Shown: positions 14,262 to 26,805 of the stretch, in pieces
How the letters are laid out: each line of letters opens with the position of its first letter
How positions within the stretch are numbered: the stretch's first letter is position 1
DNA from: Azolla caroliniana
Taxonomy: Eukaryota; Plantae; Polypodiophyta
Length of the DNA: 64,000 nucleotides
Direction of reading: 5' to 3'
Assembly: GCA_043228905.1 (NCBI GenBank)
Contig: JBHGNT010000012.1
Span: forward strand, 21,142,001 to 21,206,000
Position numbers and translations under genes: made by a program
The notes under the pieces: model-generated
Told to the model about the DNA's origin: nothing
Databases searched by the model: none
What the model saw: only the letters and a program-made list of their open reading frames with translations

Positions 14262-14325
14262 TTAAGTTAGCTCATTCGGAATGTCTCTTATCTCTCAAAA
14301 TCGAAGTCGAGGGTTCAATCTAGAG
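14262..14325 (+). other. tRNA-like (SINE head) fragment
   Basis: A-box-like tagctcattcgg and B-box-like ggttcaatc at tRNA-like spacing; no intact cloverleaf. Confidence 0.35.
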
Positions 14326-14341
14326 TTTAGCAGTGAGAAGA

Positions 14342-16560
14342 TGTCACCCTTATAGTTGAATAGTAACTAAAATTTTATATTCCCAATTTCATAAAACATA
14401 TTTTCATTATATACTCTTTGCTTCTTAGATTATACACACTCTCCATCTCTCGTGTTTGTGCTCATCACTCTCCCTTTTCCTTATGAACTCTTCTCGTTCA
14501 TAACCCTAACGATTTGATGCATTGATCACGAATTTCACAACTAAATTTGGTGAACCTAACATGAAGCATCGACGATGGGGATTGTTCGATAGAAGAACTG
14601 TCTCATGATGACTATGATGAGCCAAATGATACAAGAGCAAAGTCCTAGTCGACACTTGTTGTAAAGTTGGTTCTGCAAAAGATTGGTCAATTTAATGATG
14701 AAGACATCACGAGATTTTTGGAGGTTTATGAGTATGGAATGACCAATAGAGGTGCAATTAGGCTACACATGGTATCTCAATTCAACAAAGTGGTGACTCT
14801 AGAAGTTTGAGTAAAGGTAGTAGAATTTCAAGGAAGATTCTGCGATATTTAGAGTGGATTTCATCAAGCATTGTTAAACGAGTATATGCTTGATGACCAC
14901 ACTAGAGTGTCATGAAGAAACCTTTTGTGGAGTGGACCTAGAAAGGAGGGAAGGGTCTTTCAGTATCAAAATTATTGAGAGAATTTGAAAAGAAGTACAA
15001 TGAGCTCTAAGCAAGGAATCGAGAACTTCTTCAATCAAAGAAAGAAGATTTGTTCTTCCAAACAATAGACAAATCATTAAATTAGAAAAGATCTAGAGAT
15101 CCTTCTAGAGGATGAAACAAGCACAACTAGACTTGTGTTCAATTGGGACTAGGTTTTAGAGGCTTGTCGTATACCCCGAAGGAGGGCATAGCAAATGGAG
15201 GACAATGTGGAAACCTTGAAGAAGATTATTGCTAGAGATTGTCCGACACAAGAATCAATTATTTGAGAGAGAGTATAAAAAGGGAAATAATTAGAATCAC
15301 TACTTGATGAACTAATCAAAGGCACGAAGGATCTATAGTTGGGGCTCGCAAAGCTAGAGAAAGTAGAAAGATCGAGTCAACAAAAGTCAAAGGACGCACA
15401 ACAAGAAAACTTCACCCACCAATGCATATGGTGCGATGGTACTGAACATCAAATCAAAGAGAGAGACTACATGAGTCATCAAGAAGCTCTTAATGAAAAT
15501 CTAATTTTCTATAAAGATGGGAATATTCATCTATCGGAAACTTGACAACCTCTTTGATTCAACTTTGGATGGGAATAAGTTAATGAAGGACGTTGAAGCC
15601 AAGAGGATGGAAGCAACTTACTATTCGGCAACGTTTGGATTAAAGGTAGGTGATCCTTATATTGGTACTAGATTCTAGTATAAGGTGATAAATATAGCAA
15701 ATAAAAGAAAGGTTCGACTAGAGAACTTAAGGAAGGCCGGTAGTAAGATTCAAGGTAGTACTACTAGGGGGAATGACACATTAAGGGAATAGGATGAATG
15801 CCCACGAGAGTCAAGTAAAGAGAAGAGAAAAAGAATGGATGAAACTGGTCATTCTCCAAGGCAAGAAACCAAGTGATAGATGAAGTAGGAGTCAAAATAT
15901 AAGATGTGGATATGGAAGGTGACTATTAGCTAGAGAAGAGGTGCAAAATAAATATATCAATGAAGAAAACAAAAGCCATTATACTCCTGAGACCTGCTCA
16001 TTGGGCTTCTGTGATGATAGAGGACCTGGTGAAGATTGGGGAAGAAATGGAATCATGTATAGCATTGATCAATCATGGTTCCAAAAATAATATAATGTCG
16101 CCAGACTTCTATAATTGTGAGAACTAGCTTATAGAGAGAAACCATGGGTGGAAAGTTCAAACTACAATTGAAGATCTCTACGAAGCATGTCCAACATTAA
16201 AGTAACTATAGGGGATGTTTCTGTAGATCCTAATTTATTTGTTCAAGAGCAATCTTTATGTGCACTCATTCCAGATTAGCCCAATACCACTACAATAAGA
16301 ATGGAGACAAAGGTGATAGGCAACCGATTGGTATAGACAATGGATTTATGTTTTGCATGGATAAGAAGCCAAGTTGGAAGGTCAGTTTAGTTCCTTATTG
16401 TTTGACTGAACCATTTTGAAATAAAGAGCACCTTCGTGACCATCCAATGCTAGAGTGATGAAGACCACGATGAGTGGACTTGCACAACAAGTGTACAAGT
16501 TCAGAGGGGGTGAGTGTTGTGAAGAAATTGCTTTACGATATTAAAAACAAATTTGAATAT
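14342..16560 (+). mobile_element. Decayed Ty3/Gypsy element (LTR, PBS, gag, protease) related to the element at 51567
   Basis: Degenerate PBS tggtgaacctaacatgaa at 14548-14565. Translations KIGQFNDEDITRFLEVY, CIWCDGTEH and HWASVMIEDLVKIG..IALINHGS match the young Gypsy gag/PR. Many stops. Confidence 0.75.
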
Positions 16561-16649
16561 TATGGCAAGTGCCAATAGTGAGATTGGAACTTATAACCTC
16601 AAATATCAAACACTAGGTGTAACCCATTATAATAAGTTCTTCGACAAGT

Positions 16650-18600
16650 TTTATTTTCATCATTCTAACTATGTCTTATGTAATTTGCATACATGGTGAG
16701 TCAGACGAACAACATGGTTGTCGCATATCACACGTAGCACAACATGGTTTTACGTGCCAGAAAGGGCTAGTATCTTTTAAAGATGGAAGTGGAGTATATC
16801 TTTCCAAAGAGTAATAAATTGGATATGTTGAATATGTGTATCATATGAACCCTTGATAAAACCGTCCCATTGTCCTTTTAAAGTAAGGATCATGTTCAAC
16901 CAAATATTGTGCACCACTTCAACTAGTGAGACCCTAGCTCAATAATGTTAGATATGCACGTGATAAGTTTTTGGTACGAGTGAAAGGTAATATCTCTCCA
17001 GAAAAAGTATTTAATCTTCAAGGCATTTTTAATAGAAGATAAGTAGAAAACGTATTGTTGCATTTGTCAAATGATAAGAACCCTTGGTAGGATGGACTTT
17101 ACAAATGAGTTCCCAAAATCTATGTACAATAATGGCAAAGATTTCGCAGAGGGATTTCTAAAGTTGGATGGTGTAGAAACTGAAGGAGAAGCTAAAGCGC
17201 AGAGGAAAATTGAAGTAAGGAGAGTTCATGGCCTAACTTATAAGCCTTTCACCAGGTCCTCCCTTGGCATCATCCAATGTTACTATCAATTGGGAGGTTT
17301 TTGATAAAATTATTTGTTGAGATCAATTCTTACATAGTGAGAATCAAATTGTTGTTCAACCATCTGTATTTATGTAGATTATCATTGATTATGCAAATTG
17401 TCACAATGTTTCTTTTTGTTACAATGTTAAAACTACACTCAAACCTGAATCCATAAAATGCTTATCAAGAAGAGCTTCAGTTGGAAGATGGTGTTTCTAT
17501 TCACAAACAAGTCATAGGAGTACTCATGGTTGATGATCTGGAGAATGATATGGCTTCATTGTATTTTCTTTACTCCACTACTTTGAGGGGTTTTTTTCTT
17601 CCTTATCTTTACATATCAAGATTGGCTAGGGTCGTTCGACATAGCTTTACAACATTGATTATAATATTGGACTATTTTGTACATTGCCTTTGGTCACTTT
17701 ACTTTAATACCAATGGAAGATATTTTTTCATTAAAAAAAAGTATGTACAATAATGGAAGGGACTACTCACAATTTTGTTACACTAAGATTGGAATTCAGA
17801 CCACATGCAATTATATTACCTAGGTGGCATGCCCATCACCATCATTTTTACTCGATGGATACATTGCCTTATGTAGGAGCATGCAAGTTATTTGCCAAGG
17901 TCATTGCTACTAATTTACGAAAGTATTTGCCTACAATATTTCCGTAAAGGACAACATGTGTTCTCTTTAGTATGGTCCCTACCCACTTGTATGTTTAGAA
18001 TATTTTGTAGTATACCTCCTCTTGATGGAACAATGACATATTCTAAAAGACGATGATAATATGATTTGGTCATTTATGATGGAGTTAATGGCTCATATCG
18101 GTCTTTGTGAACATATACCAAGCTTGATATGTACATTGGGGAAGACTTTATGTGATGCAAATTCCATTTCGGAAATTAATCAGATGACCATATTCATTAT
18201 TGCTTGCAATTGTAACACATCCAATTGTGTAAGGTTACATATTTATTAACGTGTAGAGAGTTGATAGGACATTTTGTAACACCAAGTCATTGTGTCTCAA
18301 GAGTTTAGATATCCCTCTAGAGGATTCTAAGAGATGTACCATTCTTGACATCCGTTGTTTCTCAACATAGTTGATGGAACGACATGTAGTCAAGGTTATA
18401 TACAAAGGCTAATGGTTCATTAGATTAATAGAATTACCATAGTGCAACAATTTGTCTCACTTTCCTTTGCTCTTCTTTTGTTATTCCATTTGGCTACAAG
18501 ATGGACACCCCCATGGACCCTTCAAGACAAGCATTTCTTATGTTGCAAAAGTATTTTTATGAACCATTTTATGTTTTGCCTTGTGCAATAACACCAAAAA
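16650..18600 (+). pseudogene. Highly degraded L1-type LINE remnant
   Basis: Fragment CKLFAKVIATNLRKYLP resembles the RT YKxxAKxxAxRL motif; boundaries approximate. Confidence 0.4.
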
Positions 18601-19416
18601 GATATGAAAAAAAAATATGCATCATTCTAAAATACATGAAATAAGAAAAAGTTGCTCAAATGTACACATGTGATGGATGTAACCTTCAATTAGTCGAGGC
18701 TTCGACCATGGGGAATATAAGTTTATATGGTTATGAAACAACTTTGACCATAATGAGCAAGATTAAGTTAGCGACTTGTCCTTGAAGTGACAAGGGTTTG
18801 CACATAATGATGAGATCAAACATTACCCTTCTCCACAAGATCATCATATCTAGATGATTAAGATAACAAAATCCACATTCTTCTTTTTGGCTTTCACCAA
18901 CACCTTACTATATGCAACATCTCAAAAATAAATATGCTTACGGTTGTCCTCAAAAACCCCCTCACGGAACCATCACATCTATGTAAATGGACTAAACATA
19001 ATTAACAAGTTTATTCAATAGGAACTTTTATAGCAATTAACCCTAGGTCTATGTCCAAACCATAGCCATCCAGTGACTTATGTTGACCGAACAATCTCAC
19101 ATGAGTTGATGGGCCTCACTCATGTGTAATTGACTGCACTATTAACATTGCAAGCATATATTGATGATAAACACCAAATCCATTGTTGCCAAAGTACACT
19201 GTTTAACATTGTACATATATATTGATAACAAACACTAAAATCATTGTTGCCAAATGACTAACGAACTATATTTTTTGTACATTTCACATGTTTCAAACCA
19301 TACCAACCCTGTCTCTGAGGGCTTTGTTTATCATCGAGCCATAATGAAGTAAGCACTGTACAAAAATTTAAGTAAATATACAACAAAATGTTGTTACATT
19401 GCCAAAACCTCGTCCT

Positions 19417-22400
19417 CTATAGCATCTCATCTGACGAGAATTTATTCCATGCCTCCTATGAATATCACAAAAAACATTACATGTCCATACTTCTAAATTT
19501 ATATCTCCTTAAGACCATACACACAACAATACATGTGTATATGTGATATATAGATACACAAGTATAGGGAAAAACGCCAAAATACCGCCAACATTTCCAA
19601 TATTTACTGGATTGGCCTTCAGTTTTCCAATTTATAAGGATATCCCTTCTGTAGTAGTAAATATTTAAAGACCAAGGGACATTCTTGTGCTGTTTGAAAA
19701 ATTGGGGTATGCTAGTTAATATCACCAACATTGGCGGTATTTCAGAGTTTTCCCATATAGATATATAGTGTGCGTATGCGAGCATATATGGACATTTCCA
19801 TATGCATATAGATAGATCAACAGAGAACTCTTTTAACTACCTTTAAGAGATCAAAGACCTTTTCGGCAATGTACTTTTGTTGAACTGTGGCACCTTTTTG
19901 TTGGACTTTGTCGGGGTGGACACACAAGGTGGCTTTCCTGTATGCCTTTTTCACAGACGCGGCAGCAAGAAGGTCCGTTAATGGTACCGGTTGCCATCCG
20001 GCTTCTCGCCATAGAATCTTAAGTACAAAAGAAATGAGGGCAAATATACAATAAAAAAATCAAAACTTTCATTTTCTTGGATAAATATTGAAACTTTTGC
20101 ATAGGTTTCTTAAAAAACAGTTAATGGTGTTTTTGGTATGTATGCTGTTGATCTTCCATGGTAAATAGTTTTCTTTTTGTTTTACCATGATCACAAACTG
20201 AAAAGGAAAAAAGAAAGCGATATATTACATATTGAAGTGTCGAGAGCAATGCCCGAAGATTTCCTTCTTTGCCAGCTACCCATCGTTTGATGTCAGTATC
20301 TACAATTTGCGCAATCCTCTATCAATGCCATCCCAGGAAACATAAAAAAACAATTATGGATTGGCTTTCAACTCAAAAAAAATCATGATTGTTACACAAC
20401 AATATATAATGTGCTGCATATTTGAAAAAATTTAAAAATACAGAACATTTTATGCTTTTGAAATGAACTTGAGTCAATATTACATGTCTCTCTGCTTGTT
20501 CTCTTTGAGCTTGACGATCACGTTCATTCTTTTCCTCCAAAGCCTTGGCCTAAATAAAATACAAAGAAACATTCATTGAATTAATTGATTGTGCTCAAAT
20601 CAGTTAAAACATTCCAAGCTTACAAACACAACAAAAACAAAAATTATACATTATAGGAAAAATGCACAGATACCCTCAAAGTTTTAAAAGTTTACTTGTA
20701 TGCCCCTACCTTGTTGGATATTCAGCAAAATACGCCTTAGTTTTCAAAAGTTTATGAGAATATTTTCTAATTTGATGAGTATATATTGGAAAAAGATAGG
20801 AGTATATGTTATATATAGATTCTCACACGAATCTTTTTAGATAGATAGATATACAAACACAGATATAAACACACACATATATTATATCTGTGGCGTGAGA
20901 CCAATAAACATAGACAAAGCTTTGTAAAAAAATTAAAAAATATGACAGAAGAGCTTCTATAAACATACCGCCCTCTCGACTGTCCGTTGGTGTCGTTCCC
21001 ATCGGGCCTTTCGCCGTTCTGCAGGTTCTCCTTCAGTCTCTTGAAACTCAACAGAAGCCGATGATACTGTGACCAGACAAAGAAAAGAGAGATCCAAAAA
21101 TTATCATCAACTCATATTCCAACAACAGTATAATTGATCATTGCCAAAAAAATCAAGTGAATACAAATCTATTTCTGAAAGTTCTTTTCTTAATCAGTTT
21201 TTAAACATTCATTGCAAAAACTGAACTCAATACAACTCTACTTCCCAAGGTTCATTTTCATGAAAACAGTTAAATGCTTTTCCAAAATAAAAATCAAGTG
21301 AATAAAAAAGTTCTTCTGATACCTTCGAAAACAAGATGAAATTGAATTTAAAAACATCTAGTGATCATAATACTTCTCAACCAAATTCATTTTCATTACT
21401 AACCGTTGAATGATGTTGCATCATAAAAAAGAGGGCCTGATCTTGTCGGCATTGTCGATACTACCTTTCTGAAGCTCCCAGATGGAGAGCTTTTATTTGA
21501 TTGTATACTACTGGGTGAGGATGCCCGATCTCTTATATCAGATTTCACTCTTGCCATTGCAGCTCTTAAAGCTCTAGCTCGAGCCTCACTCGCAGCTCTT
21601 TCCACAACAGATCTCTCTAACATCTCGGCATTTGCTCTATATAGAGCCGCTCTTGCCTTCTCTCGAGCGTCGGCAACATTCAATCGTTCTTGCAACAAGG
21701 CATTTGTATTTGCCCTTTCTTTAGCTGGTGCATTTTCACTTTCTTTAGAGAAGGAATTTGATTTCTCAAATGATTTAGCTTTCTTCTCTCGAAAATCTGC
21801 AGCTGCTTTTTCCCATGTATCTGCACTGGCTCGCTCTCTTTCTCGAGCTCTCTCATGAGCTTCTCGAGTAAACATTTCGATGCTTATTCTATCTTTCTCT
21901 CTCTCTCGTTGACGCTCTCTTTCCTCCTTTTCCTTCTCATGCCTCTCTCGTGTTTCTTTTTCCTTATCTATCCTCACTGTTTCTTCTCTTCCCTTCCCTT
22001 GTTTTTCACCTAGTTCTTGACCTTTACCTTCTTGCTCAGCTCGAAAGCTACCCGTTGTGTTGCCTTCTCTTGATCTATGTTCCTTTCCTAGCTGCTTTTC
22101 TTTTTCCTCCTTTCGCACTTTGTTTGGCTTCAGACTATCATCTTGCATGTCCTTCAATCCTGATATATTTTTCTGTATGCTCTCCTTCATGCCATATTGT
22201 TGACTTTCCCTTTCCTTAGGATGTGTTTCTTGTTCTTGTTTTTCACTCTGCTGTGTCTCTATTTCAATCTTCGATTCCTCGCCTTTTTTGTTAGCTTTAC
22301 CTTCTTTTGCTGCTTTTAAACCCCCCATTATAGCATTTTCTCTTGCTTTATCTTCCTTTCCTGGATACTTACCTTGTGAAATCATCACATCCCCTGTTTT

Positions 22401-25400
22401 CCTGTCCTCTAGCTGTATCCTATATTGTTGCTGGTCAATTGATTCCAATATCAAAATGGTTTTCTTGATGCTCTCCTTTGCAGCATATGTCTGAGTTTCT
22501 CTTTCATTCTCATGCCTTTCCGGTGGTTCTTTTTCCTTCTGCTCCATCTCTACATCTTGTCTCTCTTTGCTATGGTTCTCATCTTTTTCCTTACCTCTAG
22601 CTTCTTGCTCTACTTTAGGTTCTCCCAATACAACACTTTCTTTTGCATTATCTTCATCTGCTAGGTACTCACAATCCAAAAACACATCATCGGTTTCTCC
22701 ATCTTTTGTTTCATCTTCATCTGTCACCTCTTCCTCTGTTTTCCTGTCTTCCATCTTGAATTTAAGTGGCTGCCTATCGTTGGATTCCAATATGGCCTCT
22801 TTTGTGGTAAATCTTTGGCAGCCTCCTCCTTCCATTTCCTTCTGATAACTTTCTATTACTTCATTTTCTTTCTGTGCCTCAATTTCTTCAATATCATTCT
22901 TTCGTTTATCCTCTTTTTCCTCACTTCTACCTTCTTCCACTACTTGAAAGTCTTCTAATGCACCATTTTTAATTCCATTACTTTTTTCTTCTAAATGCTC
23001 ACTCTGAGGCACCACAGCACCCTCTGACTCTTCATCCTCTCTTTTTCTATCATTTGGTTTCAACCAATCTTGTTGCACGTACTTTACTTCTGGTATGTCT
23101 CTCTCTGCAGCTTTGTTTGTGTAATTGTTGGCTGCTTTTAGTACATCAATGCTCTCTTTTGTAATATACATAACTGATGTCAGAGTACTTGTGCTCCCCT
23201 CGATCTTTTCCTCTGGCATTGATGCTGAAACATCCTTAATTCCATTTATTTGGGCTTTGGAAGAATCTATCACAACCTCTTTTGTTGCATCTATCCTCTC
23301 CTGTGCAGTATCCATAGTCAATTTGACCATATATGTGCTTTCCTCCATCTTTCCATCTGCAACTGACGCTGAAATAGCCTTTGTTGTCTCTATTTCTGCT
23401 CTGGAAGCAGCGTCCATGCCTTCTTTTGTTACATTCATGCTCTCTTTTGTTATATCTGCAGACGATTCCAGTGTACTCCAGCTTTCCTCAACCTTTTCAT
23501 CTGCCATTGATACTGAAATGTCGTTGGAAGCATTCATGATGCACATATTTGTTAAATCCATCATCTCTTTTGTCATATCCAACGTTGATGTGGTCTTAGA
23601 TATGCTTCCTTCCACATTTTCCTCTGCCATTGATACTGAGATATCCTTTAATTTCTCCATTTCTACTTTGGAACCAGCTTTCATGCCTTCTTTTGTTAGA
23701 TCCATGCTCTCTTCGTTAATATCCATAGCAAAACCATCATTCATACTTTCTTTTGTTACATCTGCAATCTCTTTTGCATCCATAGCTGAACCATCTTCTA
23801 TGGCTTCTTTTGTTACATCCATACTATCTTTTGTCACATTCATAGCCGATGCTGACACATTTGTGTTTCCCTCAATCACTTCCTCTGCCATCAATGTTGA
23901 AACATCCTTTATGCCTTCTACATGAGCTTCCAAAACATCTTTCACAAATTCGCCAGAAGCTCTACTAACAGTTGCGTTCCCTATAGATTCATGCTGAGCC
24001 ATTTTTGACCTTGAACTAGGTAAAGGAGGTGATCTCGCTGGAGGTAGAGAAGCACTAGGCTCAGTAATCAATTTCACTTCACTTATAGAGATCCAGAACA
24101 TATCATCCTCCAGAAGTTGGCAAGCCTCTATTGAAGGTATAGAAGCCTCAGATTTCAAAGAGGACTTATGGATCTTTGGACTTCTCAATGACTTAGTCAC
24201 TGTGTGTTTTCTTACTTCACCATGACTCAGATAATCTTTTCTCAGATGGTTTTGCTTTATGCCAGTAGAGTATGTATGTTCTTTTAATTTTGAATACCGA
24301 TGATTCCCCTTGTTCTTGAAGAAAGAAGGATCCACGCCTTCCTTTTGTGCTTCTTCTCTCATACTAGATGTCAGTTTTTTATCTCCATTTTTCGCCATTG
24401 TAATATCTCCACTGCTATCCTTGATAGAATTGTGCAATTCATTGTCCTTGGCAAATGGAGCTGAATCTTTGAAGGAACCCATAAATGTGGGAGAAGCTGG
24501 CTTTGCCACATTCAACGGTGCTTCTTCAGAGAAATATGAGTCCTTTGTTGTGTTCAACCTAGATGACTTGACATGATTTCCTTTGTTCCTGATAACATTG
24601 ATAGATTCCTTAGTATGGTTAGCTCCTTTGCATTCAAAATGAAACGATGTTAATGTAGGGATTTAAAAATAGAACTTGTTCCGAGCATCACCAAATTTTC
24701 ATAGGCATAAAAATGTTTTGGAAAACCCCGAAAGCCCTATCTAATGAATAATATACACCTAATCAAATTAAACACCTTGACCATGGAAGTAAACGGGAGT
24801 ATCCTTTCATTAAGTACTCATGGAATAATAAGGCCACAAATTTACACTTAAGCTCATGGACGCCAACTTGGCCTGCGTGGCCATGAATCATAATTCATTA
24901 AAGCAGCGGTGTAGAAATAGATATTCGGTTAGCTGTCATAAAAATAGCAACAATGGTTTGGAGACAAACATAGGACATTGACTAGTATGTATACGTACAT
25001 ATATATATATATATATATAGTGACAAGTCCAATTGCTCTGTATGTCTCCAATAGACATTTGATCCACAAGATCATGGATAGCTACAGTCTGAACATAAAA
25101 TTAAGCTTAACTGATATATGTATACTCATGAACCCTATGGTAGATTCTGGACATGGCTATCTACACTGTGGATGCCCAATTAGCTCTAGTCTAATGTTAA
25201 CGGATAAGCTAAAAATTTTATCCCTTCTTAGGTTCATTAGGTTCATCTTTATGATTAAAAATGAGAAAACCCTAAGCATTCTACAAAAGAGAGCTATTCT
25301 GAAGTTGCTGCTTATTATTTAACATTTGTATGGTGGTGTATGTCAATACCATATTTATTGATACCACATTAGCATTATTATATACTGTTACACTAGATTT

Positions 25401-26234
25401 TGAATGAAACTAAGAATTTTAAAAATAAGACCTATTCGAAAGTTGAGGCTTATTCTTTAACATTGTCTGATAGTTAACAATGGATCTATGTCAATATATA
25501 GCTATCCACACTGTCGATGGCCAGCTAGCCCTATTATATACAAGGTAACCCCAGGTTAGTGTCCACAACATATCTATCCACATTGTAAACAATCAAATGG
25601 TCGTTCACAACATTATGTATGATCTATAATGTATGAATACATGTATGGATAATCATAGCGATACCCGAGTGCCTACACATTCACAAAAATCCCCAAGCAC
25701 CTACATAATCACAACAATACCCAGCACTAAATATGTTCCATTAAGGTATATGATTACATGGTATTAACGTATTGATTACCCGAGCAAATCGGAGAGAATT
25801 TCAGGACCTGATGAAGATATTGATATCGAAGAAATACCACCAAACACATCATCATAGGAAACAGTATCGATTCTTCCATGACCTTCTGACCTTCCAAACT
25901 TATCATTATCATTATTATTACCAGTGCCAGTAACATTAACAAGATTTTTATGTGGCTCAAAAGCATGTACAGGAGATGATGAGACTTTTTTTGTATTTGA
26001 TGATCCTTTCTGTCTAGGTAAATATTCATCGCCATAGCTTGGAGATATAGTTTGTTGCAGCATTGTGTCAGCGAAAACAGAGGTATATGAGGGAGGGGTA
26101 TACTTTGGAATTCGACCAAAGATATCTTGATAAAACATCATCTGCTCAGATCCACAGCTCTTTTCAATCTTTGACCTGCTTCTAGAGCTAGTACTTCTAT
26201 GAGCCAAACCAGATTTTGCAGCAGAAGGAGCCAT
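19417..26234 (-). CDS. Auxilin-like / J-domain protein (clathrin-uncoating cofactor family), multi-exon
   Basis: Exons: 26234-25780 (YQDIFG, YDDVFGG), large exon from about 24560-24625 (acceptor uncertain) to 21404, then 21066-20969 ([17 protein letters not shown]), 20549-20484 ([11 protein letters not shown]), 20318-20229 ([22 protein letters not shown]), 20017-19841 ([17 protein letters not shown]-domain HPD), 19455-19417 ([12 protein letters not shown]). Confidence 0.92.
19566..19755. mobile_element. MITE (Mutator-like TIRs) in the last intron of the auxilin-like gene
   Basis: gggaaaaacgccaaaataccgccaa at the left end is an imperfect inverted repeat of ttggcggtatttcagagttttccc at the right end. 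Confidence 0.65.
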
Positions 26235-26364
26235 GGTGCTCTGTTCTAGAACAGAGGAAAACAGAGGAAAAATCATGTACTACATGTGTGCTAATATATA
26301 TGTATACCCATGGAGAGAGAGAGAGAGAGGAGAAAAGCTTCACAAAAGTGCTTGGTTCATCTTT

Positions 26365-26470
26365 ATGTATGTATGTATGTATGTATGTATGCATGCATGC
26401 ATGCATGGATGTATGTATGTATGTATATATGTATGTATATATGTATGTATATATGTATGTATGTATGTAC
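26365..26470. repeat. (TATG)n/(CATG)n microsatellite 5' of the auxilin-like start codon
   Basis: Directly visible; explains several spurious YIHT/MYVC ORFs. Confidence 0.9.
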
Positions 26471-26589
26471 ATGGTCCTCCATAGAAACACGAATAGGACA
26501 CTAGCATAGAGGCAAACTCAATCAATGTTGAAATCAAAGGTTGGTGCAAGCATCATGATTGTTGGACAGTGGACTCTTATTAGTATGAA

Positions 26590-26805
26590 TATCATTGTTG
26601 TGGGACTCCTTTTTGTTTTGACATCAATCTTATGGTAGTCTATTTGGTGTTGGCATCATTATTATTAGATCCTTTTGGTGCCAATGCCACTATTTGTCAG
26701 AGTTCTCTCGGAACCAACATTCGTCGTTATTGAACTCCTTTCGATGCCAACATTACTGTAATTGGAATCCTTTTCAATGCTCAGCGCCATTGTTATTGAA
26801 CTACT
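26590..26805. repeat. Degenerate ~32-bp minisatellite
   Basis: About 6 units of cattgttattg(g/a)actccttt..gatgccaac-like sequence. Confidence 0.55.

Noticed and set aside
14262-14325. Functional tRNA gene (also considered at 31781 and 40860)
   Set aside because: Only A/B-box resemblance; stems and anticodon arm do not form.
23125-23925. 266-aa plus-strand ORF
   Set aside because: Antisense shadow of the repetitive auxilin-like exon.
26197-26549. ORFs with YIHT/MYVC repeats
   Set aside because: Translations of a microsatellite.
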